Source of the DNA: Tubiluchus corallicola
Taxonomy: Eukaryota > Animalia > Priapulida
Assembly: GCA_030141605.1 (NCBI GenBank)
Contig: JAQGDQ010000363.1
Location: forward strand, 1 to 64,000
Direction: 5' to 3'
Length of the DNA: 64,000 nt
A model generated the notes under the pieces. It had not been told where the DNA came from. It ran no database searches and worked only from the letters and a program-made list of their open reading frames with translations. Positions 61,511 through 64,000 of the stretch are shown here, piece by piece; position 1 is the stretch's first letter; each line of letters opens with the position of its first letter. A program made the position numbers and the translations under genes.

Positions 61511-62061
61511 CAGTAAACTCTGCATAACTCAAATCCAGCCGGACCCAGAAAAAAACTTTGAGTTAAGCGATGTTGGCCACTTTCCAGCATAGAAACTCTA
61601 AACACCTCCGCCAGACGGCTAGCTAAATAGAAGGTAGAAAGTCAACCCTTCTATACAAAATGACGAGATTTGATGACAATTTCATAAATAATAACAAATT
61701 ATGTAGTGAAACACAATTTTTTATGTTACAAAAGGACATGTATACAACACTATTAAACAATATGATAGTGGAACTACCAATGTCTTACCTATTTCAATCC
61801 AGAAGAAAATAATCGGGGCAGGGGGGGTTTGGAAGACAATACTGTTTTCGAGTTGTATGAAACTTTTAGTTTTCTAGTGTATAAATTGCATTTTGAGTTA
61901 GGCGAAGTTAAATTACATGTATTTTGATTAAATGGACCATCATTTTTTATTTTAGTTAGACGAAATTTTGAGTTAAGCGATGTTTTTTTTTGGGAAAAAC
62001 AAAGGATTTCATCCGTTCCGCTGAAATTCTTTGAGTCAGGCAAAAATTTGAGTTATGTGGA
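61511..62061. mobile_element. Tigger-like non-autonomous element, right tip missing
   Basis: TA-CAGTAAACTCTGCATAACTCAAA; repeated TTTGAGTTA; ends TTTGAGTTATGTGGA. Confidence 0.6.
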
Positions 62062-64000
62062 TGGGAAAATGTCCCTTCCATAACCTACATGATATAGGAA
62101 TTGTTCTACTAATTCCACTTCATAACATTAATTTATTAATGTACAACATTCACTAATTTCCAGTTCACTTAATCAGGTTTAATCTATCTAAAGGATTTCC
62201 TAACATAAGTTTTAGCACAAATGCCACGTCGAGGTTCATAGCTCTGTAAGATCATTTGTTCTACAACGTTTAGGATGATCAACAAAATTACAACACATAT
62301 AGACAGTTGTTAAGATATACTTACAGTCAAAATACGGTTTTTTGTTTATTTTTTAAATTTTCCTGAAAATTAATATACATGATTGTAGCCAGTTACTATG
62401 AAATGAACACATATAGCTAACTATGGGGAACAATTACAAATTTGAATGCAAAAAAAACTATAGAATCTTTGGATCATTTAGCAACAAAAGCCAACAAATG
62501 CAACTCTAACTGAAAAATCATACAAAGTTCATAATCATGCAAATAATAACTTGATGCACCTTTAATTCACAGTCCATCAAATTTATTAGGTAAAGAGCTT
62601 GGCAGTACGTCACTTTGAGCGCCCCTTGCTTTGCAAATTACGGAGATATAATTATTGCGTCCGCTGTTTTCAAATGAGCAAATTATGTTCATGTTATCAA
62701 AACGCGTGTGATATAAATTAGGATGCTTCATAACAGCCACATAAAGAGACCAGTCCCTTTACTGAAATGTATGCCATGGCTCTCGTGCATGTGCAGGTCA
62801 GTGCAAAACTGCAAATGCAAAAAGGTTAAACATTTACCTGTTCCTGACCAAGAGCATCTAGGAATAGTCCCATTGGAGTTTTTCTTAATCCAATCATTTC
62901 CATCTTATTGGCGATTTTGTTTTTAACATTTCGTAATCGCATAGATGCATGGAGAAAAACCACTAAAAACAAACGTCATTTAATTCATCTAGATATACAC
63001 AAACAAGACAGACAAAGGGAATACCTAAAGTCAAGCTTAGGCCAACCTGTGACACAATGTAGCTCGTCTCAACTGACAGGGAGTCATAGACACATGCTCA
63101 GGTTGACTGCAACTGATTTCCAGGAACTTGGAAGGTTCCTGGAAGTTCCAACAGTGTTAAAGTCGACAACGACAAAGTGTACAGGAATGAAAAAATCTCT
63201 GACCAAACCACAATCATCGTCAAACAATGCTGTTGCAACTGGGTTCATACCTCATACTGCAAGCAGAATATGAGCAGCTCCCTGAAACCGAGTTACACTG
63301 CATTGAGTAGCATCGTAAGCTTTTGCTTATGTCAACTAGATGTACATGGAAGCAGCAGCATACCATATGTTGTCAGTTGCAGCCCGTTACCGAGTGTCCA
63401 ATTGCTCTCAGTTGTGTTGTGTCACAAGAGTGGCCTAAGCCTGCTTTAAATGACCCACCATCAGCATATGCTTGATGGTAGTCTTTAGGTAATAGTTGAC
63501 CCGGTATATAAATGGATGGGTGATTAACAAAAAAATCACTCAATATTGTCTTATAGATTTACTATACTAGCCGTTTGTCTAGTACGCTTTCTTATGTGAA
63601 AATGGTACATAACTTTACCAGAGAGTTATCCTTGACCTAGTGAGCTAGATTCCAGTCCTGCCAAAGCCACCAATAGAATAAAAATGGCCTGCCGTTGAAT
63701 ACTGGATACTAGCTGGCAAGGTGTCAAACAGTACAAATATATACAGAAGTCACACATACAAACTAAGGTAAACATAGACACTTCGCCTCTAGTTTACATT
63801 TACTTGGTAATAAGCAGAAGACAAAGCCTTTATTTTTATACAGTCAGGAGTAGAAGTCCACAGGATCTTGGAACTGCATATTATAAACTGTCATATTGTT
63901 TAAGGCTTATAATCTGCATATTACTTAAAGTTTCATTATTTATTTAATTATATAGTATACAATTTATATATATTATTTAAGTATTTATTTAATAAGTACA

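Noticed and set aside
62908-63449. 121-aa ORF with DAWR, a faint echo of a LINE endonuclease
   Set aside because: Only a 4-residue motif with no other conserved residues; cannot be supported without a profile search.

Overview
AT-rich animal (invertebrate-like) genomic DNA carrying two divergently oriented, intron-containing genes. (1) Minus strand: the 5' part of a CaMKI-family kinase, with three coding exons at 33365-33471 (or to 33564), 27904-28038 and 8373-8447; the rest lies left of the window. (2) Plus strand: a complete 15-exon HSP90B1/GRP94 (endoplasmin), CDS 45111-56776, 2409 nt, 802 aa, with a signal peptide, a C-terminal HDEL and ER-stress-type promoter motifs. The remainder is intron or intergenic DNA dense in minisatellites, microsatellites, MITEs, tRNA- and 5S-derived SINE pieces, L2/CR1-group LINE 3' ends and several long hairpins. 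I found no convincing new multi-gene system. The most unusual items are an inverted pair of 57-bp arrays enclosing two further related arrays, a MITE whose left arm became a minisatellite, a near-perfect 64-bp intronic hairpin, and a possible alternative-acceptor N-terminal extension of CaMKI. All coordinates were read by eye; comparisons to known families are from memory, not database searches.
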